Below are positions 41,575-55,579 of a DNA stretch of 64,000 nt, one piece after another. The notes below the pieces were generated by a model. It saw only the letters and a list, made by a program, of their open reading frames with translations, was not told the DNA's origin and did no database searches. The first letter of the stretch is position 1. Each line of letters begins with the position of its first letter. The position numbers and the translations under genes are program-made. The stretch comes from Anaeramoeba ignava BMAN (taxonomy: Eukaryota; Protista; Anaeramoebae), in NCBI GenBank assembly GCA_028826165.1, contig JAPDFW010000079.1:319758-383757 (forward strand), in the 5' to 3' direction.

Positions 41575-42400
41575 AAATTTAATTTTAATTTTATAAATGA
41601 ATTTTAGTTTTAATTTTAATTTCATAAATGAATTTTAATTTTAATTTTAATTTTAATTATAATTTTGATTTTGATTTTAATTTTAATTTTATTTTTATAA
41701 ATGAATTTTAATTTTAATTTTAATTTTAATTTTGATTTATAAATGAATTTTAATTTTAATTTTAATTTTAATTTTAATTTTAATTTTTTAAATGAATTTT
41801 AATTTTCATTTTTAAATTTGAATTTTAATTTTAATTTAATTTTAATTTTAATTTTAAAGTGAATTTTAATTTTAATTTTAATTTTTAATTTTAATTTTAA
41901 TTTTAATTTTTAATTTTAATTTTAATTTGAATTTTAATTTTTAATTTTATAAATGAATTTTAATTTTAATTTTAATTTTAATTTTATAAATGAATTTTAG
42001 TTTTAATTTTAATTTTAATTTTTAATTTTAATTTTAATTTTAATTTTAATTTTAATTTTAATTTTAATTTTAATTTTAATTTTAATTTTAATTTTAATTT
42101 TAATTTTAATTTTAATTTTAAATGAATTTTAATTTTAATTTTAATTTTAATTTTAATTTTTAAATGAATTTTAATTTTAATTTTTGTTTAAATGAATTTT
42201 AATTTTAATTTTAATTTTAATTTTAATTTTTTAAATGAATTTTAATTTTAATTTTATAAAATGAATTTTAATTTTCATTTTAATTTTAAATGAATTTTAA
42301 TTTTTAATTTTAATTTTAATTTTAATTTTAATTTTTAATTTTAATTTTAATTTTTAAATGAATTTTAATTTTAAGTTTTAATTTTAAAAATTAATTTTAA
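41575..42400. repeat. (TTTTAA)n with interspersed TAAATGAA; probable intron upstream of the AG acceptor at 41564-41563
   Basis: Direct. Confidence 0.8.
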
Positions 42401-43059
42401 TTTTAATCTTCAATATTTGAAAATTTTAATTTAAAACAAATTTAAAACAAAATAAAATTTTTAGTTTTAATTTTTGTTTTTAAAAATTTTAATTTATAAA
42501 ATGAAATTTAAAATTTTAATTTTAAATTTAACTTTTTAATTTTTAATTAAAAATAAAAATAGAAAAAATTTTAATTTTTATTTTTAATTTTTAATTTTGA
42601 TTTTAATAAAAATTTTGTTAAATATAAATGAATTTTAATTTTCATTTTAATAAATTGATTTTAATAAAAATATTGGTTTAAATTTTATTTTTTTAAATTT
42701 TTAAAAATTTTAATTTTAATTTTAATTTTAATTTTAATTTTAATTTTTAATTTTAATTATAAATAAAAAATAAATTAAGAACATGAATTAAGTTTTATAA
42801 ATTAAATAAAAATTAAATAAAATTCGTTAAATCTTCAATATTTGAAATATTTGTATCCTGGGGTTAAAATAAAAAAAACAAAGTAAAACAAAATAAAATT
42901 AAATTAAATTAAAAAAATTCATTTTTGTTTTTAAAAGAGAAATAATAAAGATAAAAAGAAAAATAAAAATAAAAATTAAAAATAAAAATTGGAACTTAAA
43001 TTAAAATTTTTAATTAAAAATAAAAAGGAGAAAAAGGAGAAAAATTCTTTTATTTTTAA

Positions 43060-43520
43060 TTAATAAAAAGTGGAATAAAAATCTAAAATTAAATATAAAT
43101 TAAATCTAAATTAAATATAAATAAATTATTTATAAATAAAAAGTGGAATAAAAAAATATAAATTAAATCTAAATTAAATCTAAATTAAATATAAATAAAT
43201 TATTTATAAATAAAAAGTGGAATAAAAATATAAATTAAATATAAATTAAATATAAATTAAAATTATAAATTAAAAATGGAATAAAAATATAAATTAAATA
43301 TAAATTAAATTAAATTTATAAATAAAAAATAAAAATGGAATAAAAATATAAATTAAAATAAATTAAATCTAAATTAAATCTAAATTAAATATAAATTATT
43401 TATAAATAAAAAGTGGAATAAAAATCTAAATTAAATCTAAATTAAATATAAATAAAAATATAATAAAAATCTAATTTAAATCCTTTCGTTTTATTAAAAA
43501 AAAATGGAATAAAAATTTAA
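43060..43520. repeat. Irregular repeats of AAAAGTGGAATAAAAA / AATTAAAT[A/C]TA
   Basis: Motif recurs about 7 times. Confidence 0.6.
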
Positions 43521-43578
43521 ACTAAATCCTTTTGATTTATGAAAAAAAAAAAAATTGAAAATAAAATTTCATTTTCTT

Positions 43579-46461
43579 TCACTTTTTCTTTCTTTCTCGA
43601 TCTCGTTTTAAATCTTCTAAAAGTAAAGGAAAAGGAGATTTCTGATTTAATTGATAATATTCATGAGCATCTTCAAACTCTTCAACAACATCCTCTGAAA
43701 TATTCAAATCAATTCTATCAAAATACAAAAACTTAATAAATTCCTTAATAGATTCTTTACTTTTCCCACTGTAATCATTAACTTGATTCGAATCATCATT
43801 CACATTCAAAAACATCCCATAAAATAACTCTGAACGTGCAATTAAAACCATTTTATGAACTTTGATTTCTTCATTTTCTGCAATAATCTCGAAATCTTTT
43901 GATTCATCTTCATAAAATAACTTCTCAATATCTTTTCTTAATCCATCTGATTGGCTTTTTTGGATAAATTGTTCCTTTGTTTCCAAAACTCCAATCTCAT
44001 TCAAATATCCAAAAACTACATCCAAATTGTTTTTCTTTTCATTCTCAATAATTTCCAATGTTTCCAAATATCGATCATAAGGATCGACCCAATGCTTCTT
44101 ATTTTCTTCATAAAAATCTTGATAATCTTTCAATATTTGCTTTTCAAATTCAAAATCAGCAAAATAACCTGAATAAATCCATTGAAACAAAAATTTCAGA
44201 TCCTTTTTCGTCTTTTTTTTGCAAAAATCAACAAATTCCTCAATTTTGTCTTTCCCAATTCTTTTTGATAGAATTATTTTATGAACTTTAGCAATTTCTC
44301 CATCTAAAAATTCAATTCCCAAATCAGAAAACAATCCTGATTTAAACAACTTATTGTAGTCATCACTAATACTTGTATAAAATTTGAAAAAATCAATGAC
44401 TCGCAATATTTGATCCAAATATGCCTTTGATCGATAATCAAATTCAGTATTATAAACAATATAATTTTGATCAATTGGGGTTCTCATTCTTGAATTGAAA
44501 GGATCAACAAGTTCTACAAATAATAAAAATATATTTTTTTTTAATAAAAATAACAAAAATTTGCTTTTTTTGCTTTTTTTCTGTTTCTGAACTAACCAAA
44601 TTTGGGTAATAATATCTTCCAACATTCGATTGAAACCTTATGAAGTGATAATTCGTTGATTAAATAAGATTCATCTTTTTTATTATAATAATTCACATTC
44701 AATCCATTATCCAAAAATAAATCAACAATTTTTTGGAGTTCATCCATTCCTCTTTTTTTTTGAAATCTGAACAAATAATAGAATGCAAGATCTCCTTCAT
44801 TATTAATAGCATTCACATCAACTCCTTTTGAAATGGCATGTTCAATAACTTCATATGAAATGTATTCTCCCTGACAAAAAAAATGCAGAAAAGTTTCCTT
44901 ATCTTCAGGGGTTTGATAATTGACATCCTTCATATGATCCAAAACAAACTTCATCTGTTTAGCATCATAAGGTTTACGCAATACAACTAGTTCATTCAAA
45001 TATTTTTCAAAACTAAAATCTTTCTTGAAATTATAAAGATACAAAAATATCTCGTAGTTTTTCTTGAAGGCAAGAACCATATCTTTATCCGTAATTTCAT
45101 CACCTTCTTCAAGTATCATTTTGGTAATCTCCAAATCTTTAGTGAATGAAATTGCAACTGATATTCTTGATCTTTGTGGAAGTGTTGAATATGTGTCTTT
45201 AGTAAATGATCCTGATTGGATAAGTAATTTGATGATTTTGAAATCAGCTTTCTTTTCAAACGCCAAAAAAAGTGGTGTTTTTTCATTTGAAGTGCATTCA
45301 TTAACAGGACATCCAAGTTCAATTAATTTTTTAATGATTTCATAATTTGCTAAAGATGAAACTGCAAAATTTAACAAAAAATTCCCATTTTTCTTTTCGG
45401 TATATTTGTCAAGCTCTTCTTTTGTAATTTTGGAAAGCATAACTTTTAAGACTGAGTAAGGAACTTTTTTTTCAAATGCCATTTCAAGAGGTGTTTCTTG
45501 ATCCTCAAATATATCAATTCCTGCTGAAATCAAAAATTCACAAATTTCTGGTGCATTCCATCTTTTCAATAATAAAAGATGAAAACAATTCAATTTTTTT
45601 TTTGATTTACGATTAACATCTACTCCATTTCTTTGTAAAAATTGGAAAATCTCCAAAGGACTCTGATGCAATATTGCGAAATCAAATGCTGATTGATCTC
45701 GATAAATTTCTTTTGGATTTAAACCATTATCAACTAAAAGTTGAAGAGCTTTTGCATCAACTGAATTTTGAATACCAAAAAATAAAAGCGACATATTTCG
45801 AAACTTTAAATTAAAATTCAATTTAAAATTCAATTCAATTCAATTTAAAATTAAATAAATAAATAAATACTCGTATTTTTGGATTTTCTCCATATTTCAA
45901 TAATAAATCAATAATCTCATAATTTGCCTTTTTAAAAAGTGCCCAAAGAAGTGGTGTGTAATTAAATTTATCGGGATTTAAAGAAGGTTTTTTTTCCAAA
46001 ATTAATTTAATGACTTCCAATGAATTAGAATTTTGACAAGCAACATGAAGAACATTTTGTTTATCATCATTCATAAAATTAACATCTGCTCCATTTTCAA
46101 TAAGTAACTTAATTATTTCAAATCCAGAATTTTTCAAACAAGCAATATGAAGTAAAGAATTGTATTCAAAAACATCAACAAATTGAATTCCTTTTAAATT
46201 TTTCAAAACAATCATATATTTTTCAACTTGATTTATATCCTTATTTTCAATACTTTGAATTATATCTTTCACTAAAAATCCATTTTTTTTTTCTTTTTCT
46301 TTTTCTTTTTTCATTTTTTCTATTAAATTAACTACTTTTTCTGTATTTTCTGTTTTGGAAATGAATTCAATTGTTTTTTCTGGATCATTCTCATTTAAAG
46401 AAAGTGCAAATTGAACAAATTCAAAATCAAAATTTCTAAAAATAGTTTTAGTTAATTCCAT
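43579..46461 (-). CDS. UBA-like - ankyrin repeats - tandem BTB/POZ protein; exons 46461-45871, 45803-44597, 44513-43579
   Basis: ANK: SLLHIAC..IIKLLIENGADVN, TPLLWA. BTB: FSDLGI..KVHKIIL and KDFEII..IKVHKMVLIARSELFYGMF. Introns are GT-AG and in phase. Confidence 0.88.
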
Positions 46462-46563
46462 TTTATAAAATTTAATGAAAAAAATGAAAAATGAAAAATT
46501 TTCATTTTTCTACTTTCAAAAAAAAATCTAAATTGAAAAGAGAAATTTAAATTGAAAAGAGAA

Positions 46564-47272
46564 ATGGATTTAATTTTTCAAAAATTTTCTTTTCTTTTTA
46601 AAATTAAACAAGATGTTTTACAAAAATGGATTCAAATTATAAATCAAAAATATAATGAAAAACAAAGATTTTATCATAATCAAAATCATATTGAAAATAT
46701 TCTTTTAATTTTCAATTCTTTTTTATTAGAAAATGATAAATTCAATGAAAAATCAAAACAAATTATTGAATTAAGTGCAATTTTTCATGATTTGATTTAT
46801 GATCCTCAATCAAAAGAAAATGAATTAAATAGTGTTAAATTATTTAAAGAATTTTCTAAAGAAATTAATTTAGTAAAAAAAAAAATTCAATAAAAAAAAG
46901 GATAAAAAATTCAGAAAAGGATAAAAAATTTTTATTTAGGAAAATCAAATGATTGAAAAAATTGAAAGAATTATTTTAGCAACTCAAGAAAATCATGCTA
47001 TTTTTTCAACAGAAAGCGATTTAGAATTAAAGATTTTTCTTGATTTAGATTATTCAATTTTAGGTTCAAATAAAGAAGAATATCAAGAATATAAAAATGC
47101 TATTCGTAAAGAATATTCTCATTTTAATGACAAAGAATTTAAAGAAGGAAGATTAAAATTTATTAAAAATGTTTTAAAGAATAAAATTTTTTTAACTGAT
47201 TATTTTGAAGACAAATTTGAAGAAAAGGCGAAGAAGAATTTAGAAGAAGAAAAAAAAGAATTAAATTTATAA
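46564..47272 (+). CDS. Predicted metal-dependent HD-superfamily phosphohydrolase (COG4339-like); exons 46564-46872, 46940-47272
   Basis: RFYHN..HI, AIFHDLIYDP..ENE..S, FLDLDYSILG..Y..Y...IRKEY..GR; phase-0 GT-AG intron. Confidence 0.88.
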
Positions 47273-50200
47273 ATAAATAATAATTTAAAATAAATTTAAA
47301 AATTAAAATAAATTAATATTAAAAATTTAAATAAATAAATATTAATTTTTAAATCTATTTTTATTTATAATTTAATTTAAAATTATTATAAAATATAATT
47401 TAAAAATAAATTTATAAATAAATAATAATTTAAAACAAATTTGGAAATTAAAATAAATTAATATTAAAAATTTAAATAAATAAATATTAATTTTTAAATC
47501 TATTTTTATTTATAATTTAATTTAAAATTATTATAAAATATAATTTAAAAATAATTTATAAATAAATATTAAATTAAAATAAATTTAAAAATTAAAATAA
47601 ATTAATATTAAAAATTTAAATAAAATAAATATTAATTTTTAAATCTATTTTTATTTATAATTTAATTTAAAATTATTATAAAATATAATTTATAAATAAT
47701 TTATAAATAAATAATAATTTAAAATAAATTTGAAAATTAAAATAAATTAATATTAAAAATTTAAATAAATAAATATTAATTTTTAAATCTATTTTTATTT
47801 ATAATTTAATTTAAAATGATTATAAAATATAATTTATAAATAATTTATAAATAAATATTAATTTAATATAGATTTAAAAATTAAAATAAATTAATATTAA
47901 AAATTTAAATAAATAAATATTAATTTTTAAATCTATTTTTATTTATAATTTAATTTAAAATTATTATAAAATATAATTTAAAAATAATTTATAAATAAAT
48001 TATAATTTAAAATAAATTTAAAAATTAAAATAAATTAATATTAAAAATTTAAATAAAATAAATATTAATTTTTAAATCTATTTTTATTTATAATTTAATT
48101 TAAAATGTTTATAAAATATAATTTATAAATAATTTATAAATAAATTATAATTTAAAATAAATTTAAAAATTTAAAATAAATTAATATTAAAAATTTAAAT
48201 AAAAATATTAATTTTTAAATCTATTTTTATTTATAATTTAATTTAAAATTATTATAAAAATATAATTTATAAATAATTTATAAATAAATATTAATTTAAA
48301 ATAAATTTGAAAATTAAAATAAATTAATATTAAAAATTTAAATAAATAAATATTAATTTTTAAATATATTTTTATTTATAATTTAATTTAAAATGATTAT
48401 AAAATATAATTTATAAATAATTTATAAATAAATAATAATTTAATATAGATTTAAAAATTAAAATAAATTAATATTAAAAATTTAAATAAATAAAATATTA
48501 ATTTTTAAATCTATTTTTATTTATAATTTAATTTAAAATTATTATAAAATATAATTTATAAATAATTTATAAATAAATTATAATTTAAAATAAATTTAAA
48601 AATTAAAATAAATTAATATTAAAAATTTAAATAAAAAAATATTAATTTTTAAATCTATTTTTATTTATAATTTAATTTGAAATGATTATAAAATATAATT
48701 TAAAAATAATTTATAAATAAATATTAATTTAAAATAAATTTAGAAATTAAAATAAATTAATATTAAAAATTTAAATAAAAAAATATTAATTTTTAAATCT
48801 ATTTTTATTTATAATTTAATTTGAAATTATTATAAAATATAATTTAAAAATAATTTATAAATAAATATTAATTTAATATAGATTTTAAAAATTAAAATAA
48901 ATTAATATTAAAAATTTAAATAAATAAATATTAATTTTTATATCTATTTTTATTTATAATTTAATTTAAAATTATTATAAAATATAATTTATAAATAATT
49001 TATAAATAAATAATAATTTAAAATAAATTTAAAAATTAAAATAAATTAATATTAAAAATTTAAATAAATAAATATTAATTTTTAAATATATTTTTATTTA
49101 TAATTTAATTTGAAATGTTTATAAAATATAATTTATAAATAATTTATAAATAAATAATAATTTAAAATAGATTTAAAAATTAAAATAAATTAATATTAAA
49201 AATTTAAATAAATAAATATTAATTTTTAAATATATTTTTATTTATAATTTAATTTAAAATGATTATAAAATATAATTTATAAATAATTTATAAATAAATA
49301 TTAATTTAAAATAAATTTGAAAATTAAAATAAATTAATATTAAAAATTTAAATAAATAAATATTAATTTTTATATCTATTTTTATTTATAATTTAATTTG
49401 AAATTATTATAAAATATAATTTATAAATAATTTATAAATAAATAATAATTTAAAACAAATTTAAAAATTAAAATAAATTAATATTAAAAATTTAAATAAA
49501 AATATTAATTTTTAAATCTATTTTTATTTATAATTTAATTTAAAATGTTTATAAAATATAATTTATAAATAATTTATAAATAAATATTAATTTAAAATAA
49601 ATTTAAAAATTAAAATAAATTAATATTAAAAATTTAAATAAATAAATATTAATTTTTAAATCTATTTTTATTTATAATTTAATTTAAAATTATTATAAAA
49701 TATAATTTAAAAATAAATTTATAAATAAATAATAATTTAAAAACAAATTTGGAAATTAAAATAAATTAATATTGAAAATTTAAATAAATAAATATTAATT
49801 TTTAAATCTATTTTTATTTATAATTTAATTTGAAATTATTATAAAATATAATTTAAAAATAATTTATTAATAAATTATAATTTAAAATAGATTTAAAAAT
49901 TAAAATAAATTAATATTAAAAATTTAAATAAAAAAATATTAATTTTTAAATCTATTTTTATTTATAATTTAATTTGAAATGTTTATAAAATATAATTTAA
50001 AAATAATTTATAAATAAATATTAATTTAAAATAAATTTAAAAATTAAAATAAATTAATATTGAAAATTTAAAATAAATAAATAATAATTTTTAAATCTAT
50101 TTTTATTTATAATTTAATTTGAAATGATTATAAAATATAATTTATAAATAATTTATAAATAAATATTAATTTAAAATAAATTTAAAAATTAAAATAAATT

Positions 50201-51010
50201 AATATTGAAAATTTAAATAAAAAAATATTAATTTTTAAATCTATTTTTATTTATAATTTAATTTGAAATGATTATAAAAATATAATTTAAAAATAATTTA
50301 TAAATAAATATTAATTTAAAATAAATTTAAAAATTAAAATAAATTAATATTAAAAATTTAAATAAATAAATATTAATTTTTAAATCTATTTTTATTTATA
50401 ATTTAATTTGAAATGTTTATAAAATATAATTTAAAAATAATTTATAAATAAATATTAATTTAAAATATATTTAAAAATTAAAAATAAATTAATATTAAAA
50501 ATTTAAATAAATAAATATTAATTTTTAAATCTATTTTTATTTATAATTTAATTTGAAATGTTTATAAAATATAATTTAAAAATAATTTATAAATAAATAT
50601 TAATTTAAAATAAATTTAAAAATTAAAATAAATTAATATTAAAAATTTAAATAAAAATATTAATTTTTAAATCTATTTTTATTTATAATTTAATTTGAAA
50701 TGATTATAAAAATATAATTTATAAATAATTTATAAATAAATATTAATTTAAAATAAATTTGAAAATTAAAATAAATTAATATTAAAAATTTAAATAAATA
50801 AATATTAATTTTTATATCTATTTTTATTTATAATTTAATTTGAAATTATTATAAAATATAATTTATAAATAATTTATAAATAAATAATAATTTAAAACAA
50901 ATTTAAAAATTAAAATAAATTAATATTAAAAATTTAAATAAAAAAATAATTTTTAAATCTATTTTTATTTATAATTTAATTTAAAATTATTATAAAATAT
51001 AATTTAAAAA
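47270..51010. repeat. ~144-145 bp AT-rich satellite B, ~26 units
   Basis: The AAATCTA landmark C falls at 47355, 47500, 47645 and 47789. Confidence 0.93.
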
Positions 51011-51136
51011 AGTAATTATTAAAGTAAGAACTGAAAAAGAAAAATTTTTATTGATAAAAAAAAAAAGAAAAATCGGAAAAATAATTTTTCATTTTTTTCA
51101 TTTTTTTCCTTGTTTTTTTTTATATTATTTTTATTT

Positions 51137-52299
51137 ATGGTTTGGACTTATATATTTTCAACAACAAGTAACGGAAAACAACACCAACACAAAGTGCAAA
51201 TTGATGAAGGAAAAATTGAAGATAACGGAATAATGATAATGGATTTGAAAGAGGATCCAAATTTCGATCCAAACAAAGTTAAAATTATAATTGATTCAGG
51301 AATTCTTTTAGTGAATGAAATCCCACTTTTTGACTTTAACACAGTCGAACCAACAGAAAAAGGACTGAGAAATATGACATCCCACAGGGATCTTGAACAA
51401 GAGAAAAAAGATGAAGAATTCGCACGCCAACTTCAAGAACAAGAAGAACGATCTGAACGAATCAGAGAGGGATCCAATTTTCATAATCCGAATAGTGATG
51501 AAGAAATTGCAAGAAGATTAATGCAAGAAGACCTTCAAGAGAACGAGAATCCCATGGATATCGACTCTCACTCTCGAAACCCTCATGGATTGTTTCCTCA
51601 TCGCGACCCAATTCGTCCACATTTTGATATTTTTTCGAATTCTGATTCAACAAACTTGGATCCACTTCCTCCTCCAATTAGAGAAATTTTAAGCAGGCAA
51701 AGAAATTCCTTTGGCAACTCCGGTATTTCTCTTCCTGAGTTTCTTTTCAGGCGTTTTTCTGAAAGAGAGAATGGTGATAATATGGATCCTGATGCAATGA
51801 ATTACCAACAACTTCTCAATCTTGGTGAAAGAATAGGAAGAGTTGAACGTGGTTTAGATGATAATGGTATCAATCAATTACCCGTTTCAAAATTCGACAA
51901 GAATACTGCAAAAGGCGATCTTACGTATTTATTTTGAATTTTATAATTTTATAATTTTATAATTTTTTTTGCTAGTTCAAATTGAAAAAAAAACAAGAAC
52001 TTTATTTTGAATTGGCAAAAATTTTATTTTTATTTTTATTTTTATTTTTATTTTTATTTTTATATTATATTTTTTAGTTGTTCTATTTGTAGATGCGAAT
52101 ATGAAGATGGAGAAGAAATTAGAAGACTTCCTTGTTTGCATTACTTTCATAAAGAGTAAAAAATATTTTTTAATCCAAAAAAAAAAATAATAATTTAAAT
52201 TTATTTTATTTATATTTTATTTAAAAAAGTTGCATTGATCAATGGATTAAATCAAACCCAACTTGTCCAATTTGCAAAACCAAAATCAAATTTGATTAA
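51137..52299 (+). CDS. RING-H2 E3 ubiquitin ligase (RNF38/44 / Big Brother-like) with MIU-like motifs; exons 51137-51924, 52078-52155, 52230-52299
   Basis: Spliced [41 protein letters not shown]; [14 protein letters not shown] motif; [12 protein letters not shown] and [12 protein letters not shown]. Confidence 0.9.
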
Positions 52300-52424
52300 T
52301 TCAATTTTTTCTTTTTTTTTTTTTTAAATTTTTTCTTTTTTCATTTAAATAAAAAATATAATAAAAAAGAAAAAATAATTTGAAAAATTTTTTTCATTTT
52401 TTTTTCTCATTTTTTTTTCTTTAA

Positions 52425-55400
52425 ATGTCTAAACAACAAAATGAATTAAAAACAATAGAACCACCAAAAGAAAATCTTAAAAAAAAACAAAAACAAGAGA
52501 GACAAATACTCAAAAAAAAACAAAAAGCACAAAAACAACGAAAAAAACAACGACAAAAACAACAAAAACAATTACAAAAACAGAAACAAAAATCTCAAAA
52601 ACAAAAAGAAAAAGAACAAAAACAATTACAAAAACAACAAAAAAAACAAAAACAACAAAAAAGTAATAATAAAAGTCAAAGTCAAAGTCAAAGTCAAAAT
52701 GAAATTAAACAAACAGAACTTATTCAAAATGACAAGAATAATGACATTGAAACAACTTTAAAAAAAAAGGAAAATAATACATTAAGTATAACAGAATCAG
52801 CAATTACTTTAACTAATACTGAATCAAAAAATGGAAATAAAGATTTTTCATCAGAAGATAAAGAAAATTTAAATCAAAAACAAAATTTAAATGAAAAACA
52901 AAATTTAAATGAAAATGAAAAACAAAAAGAAAATTTAAATGAAAAACCAAATGAAAAACCAAATGAAAATCAAAATGAAAATGAAAAACAAAATGAAAAT
53001 CAAAATGAAATTGAACTCGAAAGTGAAAATGAAAAACAAAATGAAAATTTAAATGAAAAACCAAATGAAAATCAAAATGAAAAACCAAATGAAAAACCAA
53101 ATGAAAATCAAAATGAAAAACAAAATGAAAAACCAAATGAAAATCAAAATGAAAATTTAAATGAAAATTTAAATGAAAAACCAAATGAAAATGAAAATCA
53201 AAATGAAATTGAACTCGAAAGTGAAAATGAAAAACAAAATGAAATTGAACTCGAAAGTGAAAATGAAAATTTAAATGAAAAACCAAATGAAAAACAAAAT
53301 GAAATTTTAAATGAAAAACAAAATGAAAATTTAAATGAAAAACAAAAAGAGAATTTAAATGAAAATTTAAATGAAAAACAAAATCAAAATGAAAATCAAA
53401 ATGAAATTGAACTCGAAAGTGAAAATGAAAAAGAAAAAGAAAAAGAAAAAACTTTACCAAAAAATTCGTCTCAAAATTTAACACTTCAATTTGATTACAA
53501 TCGTTATGGATTTGTTATTAAGTAGAATTCAAAAAAACAAAACAAAAAACAAAAACAAAACAAATTTAATATTTTGTTTAATTTCAATTTAAAACAAATT
53601 GTTTAGAGCAAATTCCAATCAAAAAAAAACCAAAAAGCAAATTATAAAAGAAACAAAAACTTTAAGGAAAAGTATTGGAAAAGAATTACAAAGAGCTGAT
53701 AAATGGTTAAAAATGTTTTCACAATGGGAAATTTTCAAAACAAAAAAACTAAAAATTGTAAATGAAAAAAATTTATAAATTAAAAAATGGAAAAATTTAT
53801 AAATTAAAAAATAGAAAAAATTTATAAATTAAAAAATGGAAAATATTTAATTTAAAAAATGGAAAAATTTATAAATTAAAAAATGGAAAAATTATAAATT
53901 AAAAAATGAAAAAATTTATAAATTAAAAAATGGAAAAATTATAAATTAAAAAATGAAAAAATTTATAAATTAAAAAATGGAAAAATTTATAAATTAAAAA
54001 ATGGAAAAATTTATAAATTAAAAAATGGAAAAATTTATAAATTAAAAAATGGAAAAATTTATAATTTAAAAATGGAAAAATTTATAATTTAAAAAATGGA
54101 AAAATTTATAAATTAAAAAATGAAAAAATTATAAATTAAAAAATGGAAAAATTATAAATTAAAAAATGGAAAAAATTTATAAATTAAAAAATGAAAAAAT
54201 ATTTAAATCATTTTATTAGCTTCAAAGAAGAGTTCGAAAAGGAATTCCTGATAGAATAAGAGGAGAAGCTTGGATGAGAATTTGTGGTAGTTATGAAATA
54301 TCCAAAGATGAAAAAAAAAGTGAAGAATATCAAAAATATTTAAAAAACAGCAGCAATAAATATATTGAAGATATTCAAAAAGATCTCGATAGAACATTTC
54401 CTAGTCATCAACATTATAAAGAAAAAACAGAGTATTTTTTTTAATATAAATTTAATTCAAATTTAATTTGCTAATATAAATTTTAAAAAAAATTTTTAGT
54501 CAACAAAGATTATTTAATGTATTAAAAGCATTAGCAGTTTATGATCCTGGTGTTGGTTATTGTCAAGGGTACTTTTATAATACTTTTAAAATTTCTTTTA
54601 ATTTTAACTTTAAAAAAAATTATCCGATTTTAATTTTAATTTTAATTTTAATTTTTTTAAATTTGATTTTAAAATTTAGAATGGCATTCATTGCAGGTCT
54701 TTTATTATTTTATCTGGAAGAAAAAGTTTGATTTTAATAATCTTTTCTATTTTAAAATTAAAAAATTAAAAAAATTAAATTAAAATTTTTAGAATGCTTT
54801 TTTCACATTTCAAGTTCTTTTTGAGGATTTCCATATGAGTGGAACATTTAGACCTGGATTTCCATTATTAATGATACAACTTCATCAATACTCAAAACTT
54901 CTTGAAAAACACATTCCCAAAGTTGCAAAGCATTTCCAAGAATGTGGATTGGAACCAATTTTATATGCAAATAAATGGTTTTTAACAATTTATTCAAATA
55001 TTTTCGATTTTGAAACTGTTCTCAGGATTTGGGATAATTTCTTATTTGAAGGAACTATTTTCACATTTCGTTTTGCTCTTGCTTTAATTAAACTTTCTGA
55101 AAGTAAAAAAAAAAATTTTCCCGAAAAGAAAAAAAAATTTTCATTTTTAAAAAAGAAAAATTTTTGACATTTTTAAATTTTAATTTTAATTTTAAATTTA
55201 ATTTTAATTTTAATTTTAATTTTAATTTTAATTTTTATAGAAAAATTATTAACTTTGAGTTTTGACCAACTTCTTCAATTTTTACAAACAATTCACAAAT
55301 TATTTGAAGTGGAAGAGATTTTTCATCAAGCTTTTAAATTTAACATTTCAAAAGAAGAACTTGTAAAATGGAGAGATGAATATTATCTACTTAATAAAGA

Positions 55401-55425
55401 AGAACCATCAATTCAAAATCAATAA
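52425..55425 (+). CDS. TBC-domain RabGAP (TBC1D10/USP6NL/EVI5-like) with low-complexity N-terminus; exons 52425-53521, 53607-53757, 54220-54431, 54500-54568, 54680-54725, 54793-55102, 55241-55425
   Basis: RYGF, KWLKM, RVRKGIPDRIRGEAW, catalytic IQKDLDRT and GYCQGM, WFLTIYS..LRIWD; all introns in phase. Confidence 0.9.
53760..54200. repeat. ~24-bp minisatellite (AAAAATTTATAAATTAAAAAATGG)n in TBC intron 2
   Basis: Direct. Confidence 0.88.
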
Positions 55426-55579
55426 TTTTTGTTCCACTTTTCTTCTTCTTTCTTTTTCTTTTTCTTTTTCTTTTTCTTTTTTTTGAAATTTTTGAAATTT
55501 TTGAATGAAAATTGAATTGAAAAAAACAAATCATTTTTTTTTTTGAAATTTTTAAATCATTTTTTCTTTAAATATTAAA

